Source of the DNA: Acidimicrobiales bacterium
GTDB taxonomy: Bacteria > Actinomycetota > Acidimicrobiia > Acidimicrobiales > SZUA-35
NCBI GenBank assembly: GCA_024638805.1
Contig: JAHEJO010000001.1
Coordinates: forward strand, 31,001 to 95,000
Reading direction: 5' to 3'
Length of the DNA: 64,000 nt
A model generated the notes under the pieces. That model had not been told where the DNA came from. It saw only the letters and a list, made by a program, of their open reading frames with translations, and made no database searches. Position 1 is the first letter of the stretch; each line of letters begins with the position of its first letter. Position numbers and translations under genes: made by a program. Below are positions 55,599 to 64,000 of this stretch, piece after piece.

Positions 55599-56542
55599 GC
55601 GTTCAACGCGTCCTCTTCATCGGGAGTCTGGGCCGATCCGGCAGCACCCTCATCGAACGGCTCCTCAACGAGTTCACCGACGTCGCTGCGGTGGGTGAGA
55701 CCGTCCACCTGTGGGAGCGCGGTGTGCGTGACAACGAGCGTTGTGGCTGTGGCGAGCCGTTCCACCGCTGTCCGTTCTGGACCCGGGTCGGCCAGCTCGC
55801 CTTCGGCGGCTGGTCCGAGCTCGACCTCGACCGGGCCATCGACCTGCGGTGGTCGGTCGACCGTTCCCGACGTCTCCCGGCGATGGTGCATGCTCATCGC
55901 CGCGGGGCAGCGACGGGCGATCAACGGGAGTACCTCGATCTGATCGGATCCGTGCTCACGGCGGCGGGCCGGGTGGCGCACGGCGACACCGGGGCCGATG
56001 TGGTCGTCGACTCGTCCAAACATTTGAGCAGCGCGGCGCTCTACTCCCTCAACCCCCGACTCGACGTCCGCGTACTCCACCTGGTCCGAGACCCGAGGGG
56101 AGTCGCATTCTCGGGCACCAGAGCCGTTGATCGACCCGAGTCGAGCGAGGCTAGCACGATGGCCGAAATGCCGACCTACAAACCGGCCCGAACCGCCGGT
56201 CGATGGGTCACCGACAACATGGGGTTCACGCAATTGGGTCGCCTCGATGTTCGAACCATGAGACTTCGGCACGAGGACTTCCTCGCTCGGCCGATCGAAT
56301 CCCTGGCTGACATCGCCACGTTTGCGGGACTGTCCGCGGCGCGCCTGCCCAGAGACGTCTTCGATGGCACCGATGGCGTTCTGGGCACACCGATGCACTC
56401 GGTCGCCGGGAACCCGATGCGTTTCGGCGGACACCACGTCACCCTCCGCCACGACGAATCGTGGAGGACGGGTTTGCCGTTGTCCCAACAACGCATGGTC
56501 TCGGCCATCACCGCACCGGCCCGCAGGTTCCTGGGGTATTGA
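55595..56542 (+). CDS. Sulfotransferase family protein (second, distinct; Cys-rich insert)
   Basis: VLFIGSLGRSGSTLIERLL PSB-loop-like motif, CGCGEPFHRCPFW, and LHLVRDPRGVAFS. The GTG overlaps the upstream stop (GTGA). Confidence 0.7.
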   Translation: MSVQRVLFIGSLGRSGSTLIERLLNEFTDVAAVGETVHLWERGVRDNERCGCGEPFHRCPFWTRVGQLAFGGWSELDLDRAIDLRWSVDRSRRLPAMVHAHRRGAATGDQREYLDLIGSVLTAAGRVAHGDTGADVVVDSSKHLSSAALYSLNPRLDVRVLHLVRDPRGVAFSGTRAVDRPESSEASTMAEMPTYKPARTAGRWVTDNMGFTQLGRLDVRTMRLRHEDFLARPIESLADIATFAGLSAARLPRDVFDGTDGVLGTPMHSVAGNPMRFGGHHVTLRHDESWRTGLPLSQQRMVSAITAPARRFLGY

Positions 56543-56565
56543 GACCGGTTCGTCGGTCGAGCTGA

Positions 56566-56847
56566 TCATCGGAGTCGAATGCGACCGCTTCCGTCCACGT
56601 CGATCTCGTGACCCTCGGCCCGCAGCCGCTCAGCCTGATCGGATTCGATGCGTGGACTCAGACGACCTGATGCCGCAACCACCCGCCACCACGGCAGTCC
56701 TTCGCTGGATCTCAAGAGGTTTCCGACCGCCCTCGCCGCGCCGGGGAATCCAGCTTCGGCCGCAACCTCGCCGTAGGTCAACACATCGCCTGGTTCGGTC
56801 GATTCGATCACCTGTCTGACCGCCGCCTCGAACCCGAGGTCACCCAC
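56566..56847 (-). CDS. Alkyltransferase-like (ATL) protein: MGMT DNA-binding domain without the acceptor cysteine
   Basis: VLTYGEVAAEAGFPGAARAVGNLL....LPWWRVV. The MGMT active-site PCHRV reads PWWRV. The GTG at 56847 sits 3 nt after the upstream stop. Confidence 0.75.
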   Translation of the reverse strand: MGDLGFEAAVRQVIESTEPGDVLTYGEVAAEAGFPGAARAVGNLLRSSEGLPWWRVVAASGRLSPRIESDQAERLRAEGHEIDVDGSGRIRLR

Positions 56848-56849
56848 GT

Positions 56850-57692
56850 TCAGTCCTGCCCGGCTGGCTTGTTGGCCACCCACCAGGCGTCGAGACGGTG
56901 TTCGAGCTCGCGCTGGGTCAGTTCACCTTCGGTCCGCTTGATCTCCAGGAGGTGGGCCAGCGCTCGACCCACGAGAGGCCCGCCGCCGAGGCCGAGGTAG
57001 CGCATGACCGCGTTGCCATCCATTTGTGGCCGCTCCTTGGCCTTGGCGTCGGCGCGGGCCAGGTCGACGATCCGTCGTTCGAGCTCGTCGATGTGGGCCA
57101 TCAACCGGGCCTCCTTGGCCCGGTTTCTGGTCGTGCAGTCACAACGAACCAGCTCGTTGAGGTGGCCGAGCAGATGACCGGCATCACGGGCGTATCTCCG
57201 GACCGCGGCGTCACTCCACCCGTCAGCGTACCCCTTGAACCGCCCCGAGAGCCGCACGAGTTCGGCCACATCGTTGACGACGGGCGGGTCGAAGCCCAAC
57301 GCTCGCATCCGTTTCTTGGTGATCTTGGCGCCGACGGCCTCATGATGACGGAACGTGACTCCGCCGTGGTCGAACGAACGGGTCGCCGGCTTTCCGATGT
57401 CGTGGAACAGGGCGGCCAGGCGTATCACGATCTCAGGTTGGGTCTTGTTGGTCACCGCGATCGTGTGGGCCAATACGTCCTTGTGTCTGTGGATAGGATC
57501 CTGTTCGAGCTGTAGAGCCGGGAGTTCGGGCACCGCCATCTCGGCCATTCCCGACTCGACGAACCGCCACAGACTCTCGACGCAGTCGTCGTGGAGAACA
57601 GCCTCGATGAGGGCATGGCGGAGCTGGTCGGTGGAGAACTCGGTGGTGGTCATGGTTGGACCCACAACGATAGGACTTCGACCGTCGTTCAT
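56850..57692 (-). CDS. HD domain protein resembling the C-terminal half of actinobacterial CCA-adding/poly(A) polymerase enzymes (no nucleotidyltransferase head)
   Basis: HRHKDVLAHTIAV and LAALFHDIGKPATR HD motifs. Only 280 aa. Start uncertain (alternative Met at 57653). Confidence 0.7.
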   Translation of the reverse strand: MNDGRSPIVVGPTMTTTEFSTDQLRHALIEAVLHDDCVESLWRFVESGMAEMAVPELPALQLEQDPIHRHKDVLAHTIAVTNKTQPEIVIRLAALFHDIGKPATRSFDHGGVTFRHHEAVGAKITKKRMRALGFDPPVVNDVAELVRLSGRFKGYADGWSDAAVRRYARDAGHLLGHLNELVRCDCTTRNRAKEARLMAHIDELERRIVDLARADAKAKERPQMDGNAVMRYLGLGGGPLVGRALAHLLEIKRTEGELTQRELEHRLDAWWVANKPAGQD

Positions 57693-57750
57693 CGCCGGTC
57701 CGATTCGCCGCGACTTCTGCCGACGTCAGGCGTCGTACAATCGAGGACAA

Positions 57751-58509
57751 ATGAAACGAATCTTCACGGGCATAGCGGTAGGCGTGATCGCCGTGGTGGT
57801 CTTTGTTGCCACCACGGGTTCGTTGTCGTTCTCCTGGCCATGGGATGTCGTGCCAGATTTCAACGAGGTGGAGGTGGAGCTCACCCTGCCCACCGAGGCG
57901 AGGATCGTCAACATCGAGCCCATCATGTTGGATTGTCGGGCCCGCGTGCATGCAGAGGTCCCCGTCAGTGGCACACGCGAGCACAACCTGCTCGGTCAGG
58001 TCTACCGCACCGACACGCTCAACATGCTGGCGATCGGTGACGTCGACACTTGCGTGGACGGAGGAGCCGCACGAGTGCTCCGACGTACCGACGGCACAAC
58101 CGAGATCGTCATTCCCGGCCAGTCCATCAAGTTCGTCCGACCGCGTGTGAATACCGTCGAGACGGCGGCGTCGGTCGCGGTCTCCAAGGGTCTGCTCGGC
58201 AAGGTGACCGATGTTTTCCCCTGGGTGAGCGATGACCTCGGTCTGACCCCGACAGCGTATGCGTATTCCCAGAACGTCATCGGCTCCAGCAGCTGTATGC
58301 AAACGGCCTACACGATTACAGAGGGACTGATCACCGACGCCTACCGACAACAATTCCTCGACCAGGGTGCCGATCCCGCCACATTGACCGTCCGCATCGA
58401 CGGCGAACCGACCTTCGACGATCCGGCGCCGCTGTACATGGGCGAAGGAGTGCAGATGAGCGTGGGCGGCGGGTCGGTGAGCTGTATCGCATCGGACACA
58501 GTCGGCTAG
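57751..58509 (+). CDS. Hypothetical membrane-anchored protein
   Basis: MKRIFTGIAVGVIAVVVFVATTG signal-anchor. 252 aa with ordinary composition. ATG at 57751 lies inside a longer track ORF. Confidence 0.55.
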   Translation: MKRIFTGIAVGVIAVVVFVATTGSLSFSWPWDVVPDFNEVEVELTLPTEARIVNIEPIMLDCRARVHAEVPVSGTREHNLLGQVYRTDTLNMLAIGDVDTCVDGGAARVLRRTDGTTEIVIPGQSIKFVRPRVNTVETAASVAVSKGLLGKVTDVFPWVSDDLGLTPTAYAYSQNVIGSSSCMQTAYTITEGLITDAYRQQFLDQGADPATLTVRIDGEPTFDDPAPLYMGEGVQMSVGGGSVSCIASDTVG

Positions 58510-58518
58510 AGCTCACAA

Positions 58519-59184
58519 CTACGCATCGACGGTCCAGGTCGGAGGCGGAAACGTTCGGGGTGGCTTGGTGGTCGGGGGCCGGGTCGTGGTTCTCGGCGGC
58601 TTGGTCGGCGGCGGCTTGGTTGTGGTCCTGCGGGTCGGCGGTGGAACCGTCACCGTGGGCACGGGTTTGGTCGTCGGCGCTACCGTGGTCGTGGGCGCTG
58701 CCGTGGTGGTCGGCGCTGCCGTCGTCGTGGGCGCTGCCGTCGTCGTGGGCGCTGCCGTCGTCGAGGGCGCTGCCGTCGTCGAGGGCGCTGCCGTCGTCGA
58801 GGGCGCTGCTGCCGTGCTGGTCGGCGCCCTCGTTGTCAGAACCGCAGCCGTGGTGCTGGCGCCGGCTTCGCTGGTCACCCGTACCGATGTCGTACGGGTC
58901 GGCTCGGTCGAGGCGCTCGTACTCGTACCGAGCACCGACACCTCCGGCGACACGGGGTCGGCTTCGTCGTTGCCGGAGCGGTCACGGCTGAAGCCGACGA
59001 GCAGCAGGTTGAGCGCGATCAGAACGGCGATCACGGCCACGATCGTTTCGGTCCGCCTGAATCCACCCACGTGGGCCCTCCTCCGGCTCGTTGGGCTCGC
59101 GGTCTCTGCGGCAATGCCACGAACGCTCCCAGGATGCCAAGGAATGGCTCGCGATTCCAGCTGCAGCTCCGATAGGCAGATCAC
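58519..59184 (-). CDS. Membrane-anchored Thr/Pro/Ala-rich repeat protein
   Basis: TM IVAVIAVLIALNLLLVGF, then APSTTA x3 and APTTTA x4 hexapeptide repeats and a TTKPPP/TKPPR tail. Start uncertain. Confidence 0.55.
   Translation of the reverse strand: MICLSELQLESRAIPWHPGSVRGIAAETASPTSRRRAHVGGFRRTETIVAVIAVLIALNLLLVGFSRDRSGNDEADPVSPEVSVLGTSTSASTEPTRTTSVRVTSEAGASTTAAVLTTRAPTSTAAAPSTTAAPSTTAAPSTTAAPTTTAAPTTTAAPTTTAAPTTTVAPTTKPVPTVTVPPPTRRTTTKPPPTKPPRTTTRPPTTKPPRTFPPPTWTVDA
58676..58819. repeat. 8 tandem copies of an 18-nt unit (ggcgctgccgtcgtcgtg / ..gag variants)
   Basis: Read directly from the sequence. The units encode the hexapeptide repeats of the minus-strand CDS. Confidence 0.9.
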
Positions 59185-59263
59185 CCCATTGCTCGCCGGT
59201 TCGACACTCTGTGACTCACGTCACTACCCTGTCGACGGCAACCACAACACGAAGGAGGTCCCC

Positions 59264-60436
59264 GTGAGACTGCGATTCGGGACGTTCATGGCCCCGTTCC
59301 ATTCACCGGAGCACAACCCGACCCTGTCACTCGAACAGGACCTCGAGCTGATCGAACACATGGATCGGCTTGGATTCGACGAGGCCTGGATCGGTGAGCA
59401 CCACTCTGCTGGAAGTGAGATCATCGCCTCACCCGAGATCTTCATCGCCAACGCCGCCGCCCGCACCAAGAACATCAAGTTGGGCACCGGTGTGGTCTCG
59501 CTCCCGTACCACAACCCGCTGTGGGTCGCCGAGCGAATGGTGTTGCTGGACCATCTGACCCGGGGCAGGATCATGCTCGGTGTCGGTCCAGGGGCCCTCC
59601 CCACCGACGCCGCGATGCTGGGACTCGAACCGCCGGAGATGCGCCCGCTGCTCCACGAGTACATGCAGATCGTGATGCAGCTCCTCACCTCTGACGAACC
59701 GGTGAACTACAGCTCGAACCGGCTCACGCTCACCGACGCCCGTCTTCATCTGCGCCCGTACTCCGATCCGCTGTTCGACATCGCCGTCGCCGCCGTGGCC
59801 TCACCGTCGGGAGCCAAGCTGGCCGGCAAGTACGGCGCCGGCATCCTGTCGCTGGGGGCGACCGTAGCGGTCGGTATGGACGTTCTCGCCCATCACTGGT
59901 CGATCCAGGAGGAGGTGGCCGCCGTGCACGGTCGCACAGCGGACCGAGCCAAATGGCGACTGGTCGGCCTCATGCATCTGGCCGAGACCGAACAGGAGGC
60001 TCGACGGGATGTCGATTACGGTATGACGCAGTGGTTCCGGTATTTCCAGAACGTCGCCGCATTCCCGCAGATGGCGGTCGAGGGTGGCGATGTCGACGAG
60101 ATGGTGAACTTCGTCAACGGTGGGCTCGGTGTCGTCGGCACACCCGATCAAGCCGTCGCTCAGATCGAGGAGTTGCTCGAGCAGAGCAACGGCGGCTTCG
60201 GCGCCTACCTCATGCTCGCCCACAACTGGGCCAACCCCGAGGCCACGAAGAAGAGCTGGGATCTGTTCGCCCGCCACGTCATGCCGCGATTCCAAAGCGG
60301 CGGCGGTGGCTTGGTCGGGGCCGCTGATCGGGCCCGGGCACGCCGTCCCGAACTTGCCGAGCAGCAGCTCCGAGCGGTCGACGAGGCCACGCAGAGTTAC
60401 GAAGAGGAACGCCAGATCATCCTGACCACAACCTGA
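59264..60436 (+). CDS. LLM-class flavin-dependent monooxygenase/oxidoreductase
   Basis: RFGTFMAPFH, LGFDEAWIGEHH, and IMLGVGPGALPTDA are luciferase-like monooxygenase patterns. GTG at 59264 chosen. Confidence 0.8.
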   Translation: MRLRFGTFMAPFHSPEHNPTLSLEQDLELIEHMDRLGFDEAWIGEHHSAGSEIIASPEIFIANAAARTKNIKLGTGVVSLPYHNPLWVAERMVLLDHLTRGRIMLGVGPGALPTDAAMLGLEPPEMRPLLHEYMQIVMQLLTSDEPVNYSSNRLTLTDARLHLRPYSDPLFDIAVAAVASPSGAKLAGKYGAGILSLGATVAVGMDVLAHHWSIQEEVAAVHGRTADRAKWRLVGLMHLAETEQEARRDVDYGMTQWFRYFQNVAAFPQMAVEGGDVDEMVNFVNGGLGVVGTPDQAVAQIEELLEQSNGGFGAYLMLAHNWANPEATKKSWDLFARHVMPRFQSGGGGLVGAADRARARRPELAEQQLRAVDEATQSYEEERQIILTTT

Positions 60437-60514
60437 GAACCAACGACGCCCAGGTTGGGCGGGCCCGACCCGACCTGGCCCGGTCGGCGTCGGGCGCCTA
60501 CCCTGGCTGAGTAC

Positions 60515-61162
60515 ATGACGACCGACGTTGCCCCCTCCACTTCTCGTTGGTCCCGAGGCGTCGTCCTCGCGGTCAGCACCCTCGCCGTCGTCGTGGTGGC
60601 GTGGTGGTCGATCGAACTCGTCGACACCTATGTCCTCGACGACCGTCTCCAGGGCAACGGGATCGTCCCTCGGGAACGCAGAGGGCTCGACGGGATCCTG
60701 TGGGCTCCGTTCCTCCACAGCGACGTCGGTCATTTGATCTCGAACACGTTTCCGTTCCTGGTCCTGTCCGGGCTGATCATGATCCGCGGCTTCTGGCGGT
60801 GGGTCATGATCACCGTGATCGGTCTGATCGGGGGAGGTCTCCTGACGTGGGTCTTCGGGGGCTCGGGCAACCACATCGGTGCCAGCGGCGTGATCTTCGC
60901 CTATTTCGGTGCGCTCCTCGGGGCGGCCTTTTTCGAACGGCGTCCGGCGGCGCTCGCTCCGGCGCTCGTGGCACTGATGCTCTACACCACCATGCTGATC
61001 GGTCTGGTTCCTCAGGATCGGATCTCGTGGGAGGGCCATCTGGCCGGCTTCGTGTGCGGTATCGCCGCCTCCAAACTGCTGGCGCAGCGGCGAACCCGGC
61101 CCGACCCGGACGCCGATGTCGACCGCATCTTCGGAGGTCAACAACCCTGGCTCGAGTCGTGA
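60515..61162 (+). CDS. Rhomboid family intramembrane serine protease
   Basis: HLISNTFPFLVL, catalytic GASGVIFAYFG, and HLAGFVCG motifs. Confidence 0.8.
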   Translation: MTTDVAPSTSRWSRGVVLAVSTLAVVVVAWWSIELVDTYVLDDRLQGNGIVPRERRGLDGILWAPFLHSDVGHLISNTFPFLVLSGLIMIRGFWRWVMITVIGLIGGGLLTWVFGGSGNHIGASGVIFAYFGALLGAAFFERRPAALAPALVALMLYTTMLIGLVPQDRISWEGHLAGFVCGIAASKLLAQRRTRPDPDADVDRIFGGQQPWLES

Positions 61163-61271
61163 GGATCACTCGGGTCGTTGGTGACTACCACCGCCTCGAC
61201 TCGGAAATCACGTGGTTCACCACGGAGTGAAACATGAGGCCGTGTGCGCCCGGAGCCGCCAATAGGATCGA

Positions 61272-61688
61272 ATGATGGGGTCGGGTCTACGGGTCAGTGA
61301 CCATCTCACAATCCCCGAACACGAACTGCGGTGGAGTTTCGGTCCCTCCGGAGGCCCAGGCGGTCAACATGCCAACACGTCCAACACCAGGGCCGACGTC
61401 GTGTTCGCCGTCGCCGACAGTCAGGTATTGACCGCGGCACAACAAGCCCGACTGGGTGAGGTCTTCGGATCCCACATTCGGGTCTCCGCCGACGACAGCC
61501 GATCGCAGGCCCGGAACCGCGACATCGCCTCGACCAGGCTGGCCGAACGCATCGAGCGAGCCTTGCGACCCCCCCGACGGCGCCGAGCCACCAAACCCGG
61601 TCGCGGTGCCATCGAGCGGCGCCTCCGCAACAAACGCGCACGATCCCAGCGCAAGGCGAGTCGCCGCTACCGACCCGAGCGCGAATGA
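61272..61688 (+). CDS. arfB: Alternative ribosome-rescue factor ArfB (peptidyl-tRNA hydrolase, class I RF domain)
   Basis: SGGPGGQHANTSNTRA GGQ motif and a basic C-terminal tail RRRRATKPGRGAIERRLRNKRARSQRK. Confidence 0.9.
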   Translation: MMGSGLRVSDHLTIPEHELRWSFGPSGGPGGQHANTSNTRADVVFAVADSQVLTAAQQARLGEVFGSHIRVSADDSRSQARNRDIASTRLAERIERALRPPRRRRATKPGRGAIERRLRNKRARSQRKASRRYRPERE

Positions 61689-61689
61689 C

Positions 61690-62541
61690 GTGAAGGTTCA
61701 CCTGTTGTACAAGGCCGAACAGGCCGATATCGACGCAACGATCGACGAGCTCGAATCCCAGCGGAGCGTTGTGGTACCCGTGCCGTCACGCAACACCGAC
61801 GAGATTCCTCGCCTGCTCGCCGCCGGTGGGATCGAGCGGATCATCGTGTCCGGTGGCGACGGTATGATCCATCACGCCGCCCAGAGTCTGGCCGAGACCG
61901 GTATCCCACTCGGCATCATCCCCGCCGGAACGGGCAACGACATCGCCCGGGCGTTGAAGATCCCCAGACGGCTGAAGGCGGCGGCCCGTCTAGCGCGGTC
62001 CGAACCGACCCCGCTCGATGTTCTGAAGGTCGCCGAGAACGGACCGAACGGTCGCAGCGTCTACGTGGTCAGCGTCGTCACCGCCGGGTTCTCCGGCCTG
62101 GTCAACGAGCATGCTAACCGGATGCGTTGGGCCGGCGGGCAGCTGAAGTACACGGTGGCAACGCTGCGCAACCTCACGCGGCTGCGTAGCTACCGGCAGA
62201 GCGGGATGGACGACATGCCGGGGTCGTTCAGCCTCATCGCGTTCGGCAACACCATGTATTTCGGCGGCGGTATCGCCATCTGCCCCAAGGCGTCGCCTAC
62301 GGACGGCATGATGGATGTGATCCTCGTCGCCGACGTCCACCCCGCCCACCTGGCCGCGGTCCTTCCCGCCGCCTTCGTCGGGCGTCATCTCCTCGACCCC
62401 AAGGTCCATGCCGGACATGCCGGCCGGGTCACGATCGAGATCGACACCGACTGGTGGGCCGACGGTGAACCGCTCGGGCTGTGCGGGGCGGTGGACATCG
62501 CCGTGGTTCCGGCCGGGCTCCGCGTCGCGACCGGTCTCTGA
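61690..62541 (+). CDS. Diacylglycerol/lipid kinase family protein (YegS/DAGK catalytic domain)
   Basis: IIVSGGDGMIHHAA and LGIIPAGTGNDIARAL motifs. GTG at 61690 sits just after the arfB stop. Confidence 0.85.
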   Translation: MKVHLLYKAEQADIDATIDELESQRSVVVPVPSRNTDEIPRLLAAGGIERIIVSGGDGMIHHAAQSLAETGIPLGIIPAGTGNDIARALKIPRRLKAAARLARSEPTPLDVLKVAENGPNGRSVYVVSVVTAGFSGLVNEHANRMRWAGGQLKYTVATLRNLTRLRSYRQSGMDDMPGSFSLIAFGNTMYFGGGIAICPKASPTDGMMDVILVADVHPAHLAAVLPAAFVGRHLLDPKVHAGHAGRVTIEIDTDWWADGEPLGLCGAVDIAVVPAGLRVATGL

Positions 62542-62555
62542 CGCGGTCGAGCATC

Positions 62556-63467
62556 GTGCCCGAAGGTGACACCATCCGCCGGTTGGCGGCACGCATCGAC
62601 CGCTTTGCGGGCCAGACGGTGGTGGCTGCGGATTTCCGACATCCCCGCCTCGCCACCGCCCGGCTCGAACGACGGAGGATCGAATCGGCCGACGCCCGAG
62701 GCAAACATCTGCTCATCCGATTCGACGACGGTCGCACTTTGCACGCCCACATGCTGATGCAAGGCCGCATCGTTTGTTCCCGGTCCTTCGATGTACCGGC
62801 GTGGCGCCGGCGGTTCGAAATCGAACTGTCCAACGGGTATCTGACCGGGATCGACGTGCCGCAGCTCGACCTCATCGGTTCCCGGGACGAACGACAAGTC
62901 CTGGCTCATCTCGGCCCCGATCTGTGCGGGTCCTACGACCACAACGCCGCCGTTGCGCGGATCCGGACCGTCGCCGGTCGACCGATCGGCGGGGCCCTGC
63001 TCGATCAGACGCTCGTGGCCGGCTTCGGCAACATCTACGCCGTGGAGACCCCGTTCATCTGCGGGATCTCTCCGTTTCAGAAGGTGGGAACGATCGAGGA
63101 CCTCGAGCGGGTCGTGGCCGTCGGTGCTGCCTTGATCAGAACCAACGCCCAGCTCGGGCCCCAGAACACGACCGGAAGCAACCTCCATCGCACCGAACAC
63201 TGGGTCCTCGCCCGGGACCGCCGGCGTTGCGGTGTCTGCGGCGACCGGCTCATCCGCATCGCCGGCCACGATTCACCGTGGAAGCGCCGCCTCGTATTCT
63301 GTCCCATCTGCCAGCCGGAACGCCCGACGTCGGCGCTGGACCGGAGTCGGGTCACCCGGCTGCTGAGAACCCATCCGGCCAGGCGACTGCTCGATCTGGT
63401 CCACGGTCAACTGTCCGTGGCGACGGACGTCCCCGTAGCCGTGCACGATCCCAGGGCCACCGGGTGA
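62556..63467 (+). CDS. nei: Fpg/Nei family DNA glycosylase (endonuclease VIII-like)
   Basis: N-terminal (V)PEGDTIRR, H2TH LVAGFGNIYAVETPF, and the C-terminal zinc finger CGVCG...CPICQ. Confidence 0.85.
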   Translation: MPEGDTIRRLAARIDRFAGQTVVAADFRHPRLATARLERRRIESADARGKHLLIRFDDGRTLHAHMLMQGRIVCSRSFDVPAWRRRFEIELSNGYLTGIDVPQLDLIGSRDERQVLAHLGPDLCGSYDHNAAVARIRTVAGRPIGGALLDQTLVAGFGNIYAVETPFICGISPFQKVGTIEDLERVVAVGAALIRTNAQLGPQNTTGSNLHRTEHWVLARDRRRCGVCGDRLIRIAGHDSPWKRRLVFCPICQPERPTSALDRSRVTRLLRTHPARRLLDLVHGQLSVATDVPVAVHDPRATG

Positions 63468-63519
63468 TCCGACCGACCGGGTCAGACCCTAGGCCCTCAC
63501 CGAAGGTAGCGTCGATGCG

Positions 63520-63948
63520 GTGGAGAGTCCTCCCACCGAACGGGCGGTGCACCGCTCACTTCCGCTGCGAAGTCTGTACGTAGCCGCCGGCTTGGTCTTG
63601 GTCGGTATCGGCGCTCTCGGTGTGGTCGTGCCGGGGCTGCCGACCACCGTCTTCCTGATCTTGGCCTCGTGGTGCTTTTCCCGGAGCAGCCCCCGTCTCG
63701 AACGCTGGCTGCTCGACCTGCCCGTTCTCGGCCAGTTCGTCCGCGGCTACCGGGCGGGACTGGGAATGCCAAGGTCAGCAAAGCGTTCGGCATATGCGTC
63801 GATCGTCGTGGCGGTTGCGATCTCCACGGTCTTCCTCCTGGACCACTGGTGGATTCGTCTGGGTCTGGTTGCGGTCGGTCTGATCGGGATCGCCTACATC
63901 AAGGTGGTAGTCCCAACGCGTCGAGGTCCCGAGATCTCGGACCTCTGA
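63520..63948 (+). CDS. DUF454 (YbaN) family inner-membrane protein
   Basis: GALGVVVPGLPTTVFLILASWCFSRSSPRLERWL is typical of DUF454. Confidence 0.75.
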   Translation: MESPPTERAVHRSLPLRSLYVAAGLVLVGIGALGVVVPGLPTTVFLILASWCFSRSSPRLERWLLDLPVLGQFVRGYRAGLGMPRSAKRSAYASIVVAVAISTVFLLDHWWIRLGLVAVGLIGIAYIKVVVPTRRGPEISDL

Positions 63949-64000
63949 GCGGGAGAGCACACTCCGGTATCTGGCCGGATCCCCCGGGGAGCAGGCGTTT

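Noticed and set aside
58676-58819. Regular short tandem repeats considered as a possible CRISPR array.
   Set aside because: The units are 18 nt and directly abutting, with no spacers and no cas genes. They are in frame and encode a hexapeptide repeat.

Overview
High-G+C, densely coded chromosomal segment of actinobacterial type. Supporting this are the SCO1664 / DUF3090 / MSMEG_4193-type phosphatase trio, DUF3499, F420-type LLM and FrhB-like enzymes, and an actinobacterial-style tad locus. I support about 70 genes. Starts were re-picked where the six-frame track gave long GC-driven N-terminal extensions. Many genes are joined by ATGA/GTGA stop-start overlaps.

Main blocks:
- (1) LCP transferase, then a first group of base-excision-repair genes (tag, UDG).
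- (2) The conserved trio of unknown function at 8.1-10.0 kb. It is followed by about 1 kb (7.1-8.1 kb) with no clean ORF but with paralogous, frame-broken coding remnants.
- (3) A complete 9-gene Flp/Tad pilus operon on the minus strand (10.7-17.2 kb), bounded by an unusually AT-rich operator-like island.
- (4) A UvrD-like helicase coupled to an AlkA-like glycosylase.
- (5) mutM, a DUF2520 gene, panC and panB.
- (6) A same-strand operon: Cache/HAMP cyclase-homology sensor, MscS channel with a cNMP-binding domain, orphan solute-binding lipoprotein, unknown 334-aa protein, lipoprotein, Ppx/GppA. By eye, the cyclase catalytic residues and the cNMP phosphate-binding cassette both look degenerate.
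- (7) A tandem glycine riboswitch followed by gcvT and gcvP.
- (8) An XdhC-like gene coupled to two sulfotransferases.
- (9) An alkyltransferase-like (ATL) protein, an HD-only CCA-enzyme-like protein, a Thr/Pro/Ala hexapeptide-repeat protein, arfB, a lipid kinase and nei.

I found no rRNA, tRNA, CRISPR array, transposase or integrase. No finding is a proven new system. The best candidates for follow-up are the degenerate cyclase/channel/SBP operon, the frame-broken repeat region, the shared AT-rich motif flanking a 4-gene block next to the tad operon, and the XdhC-sulfotransferase operon.
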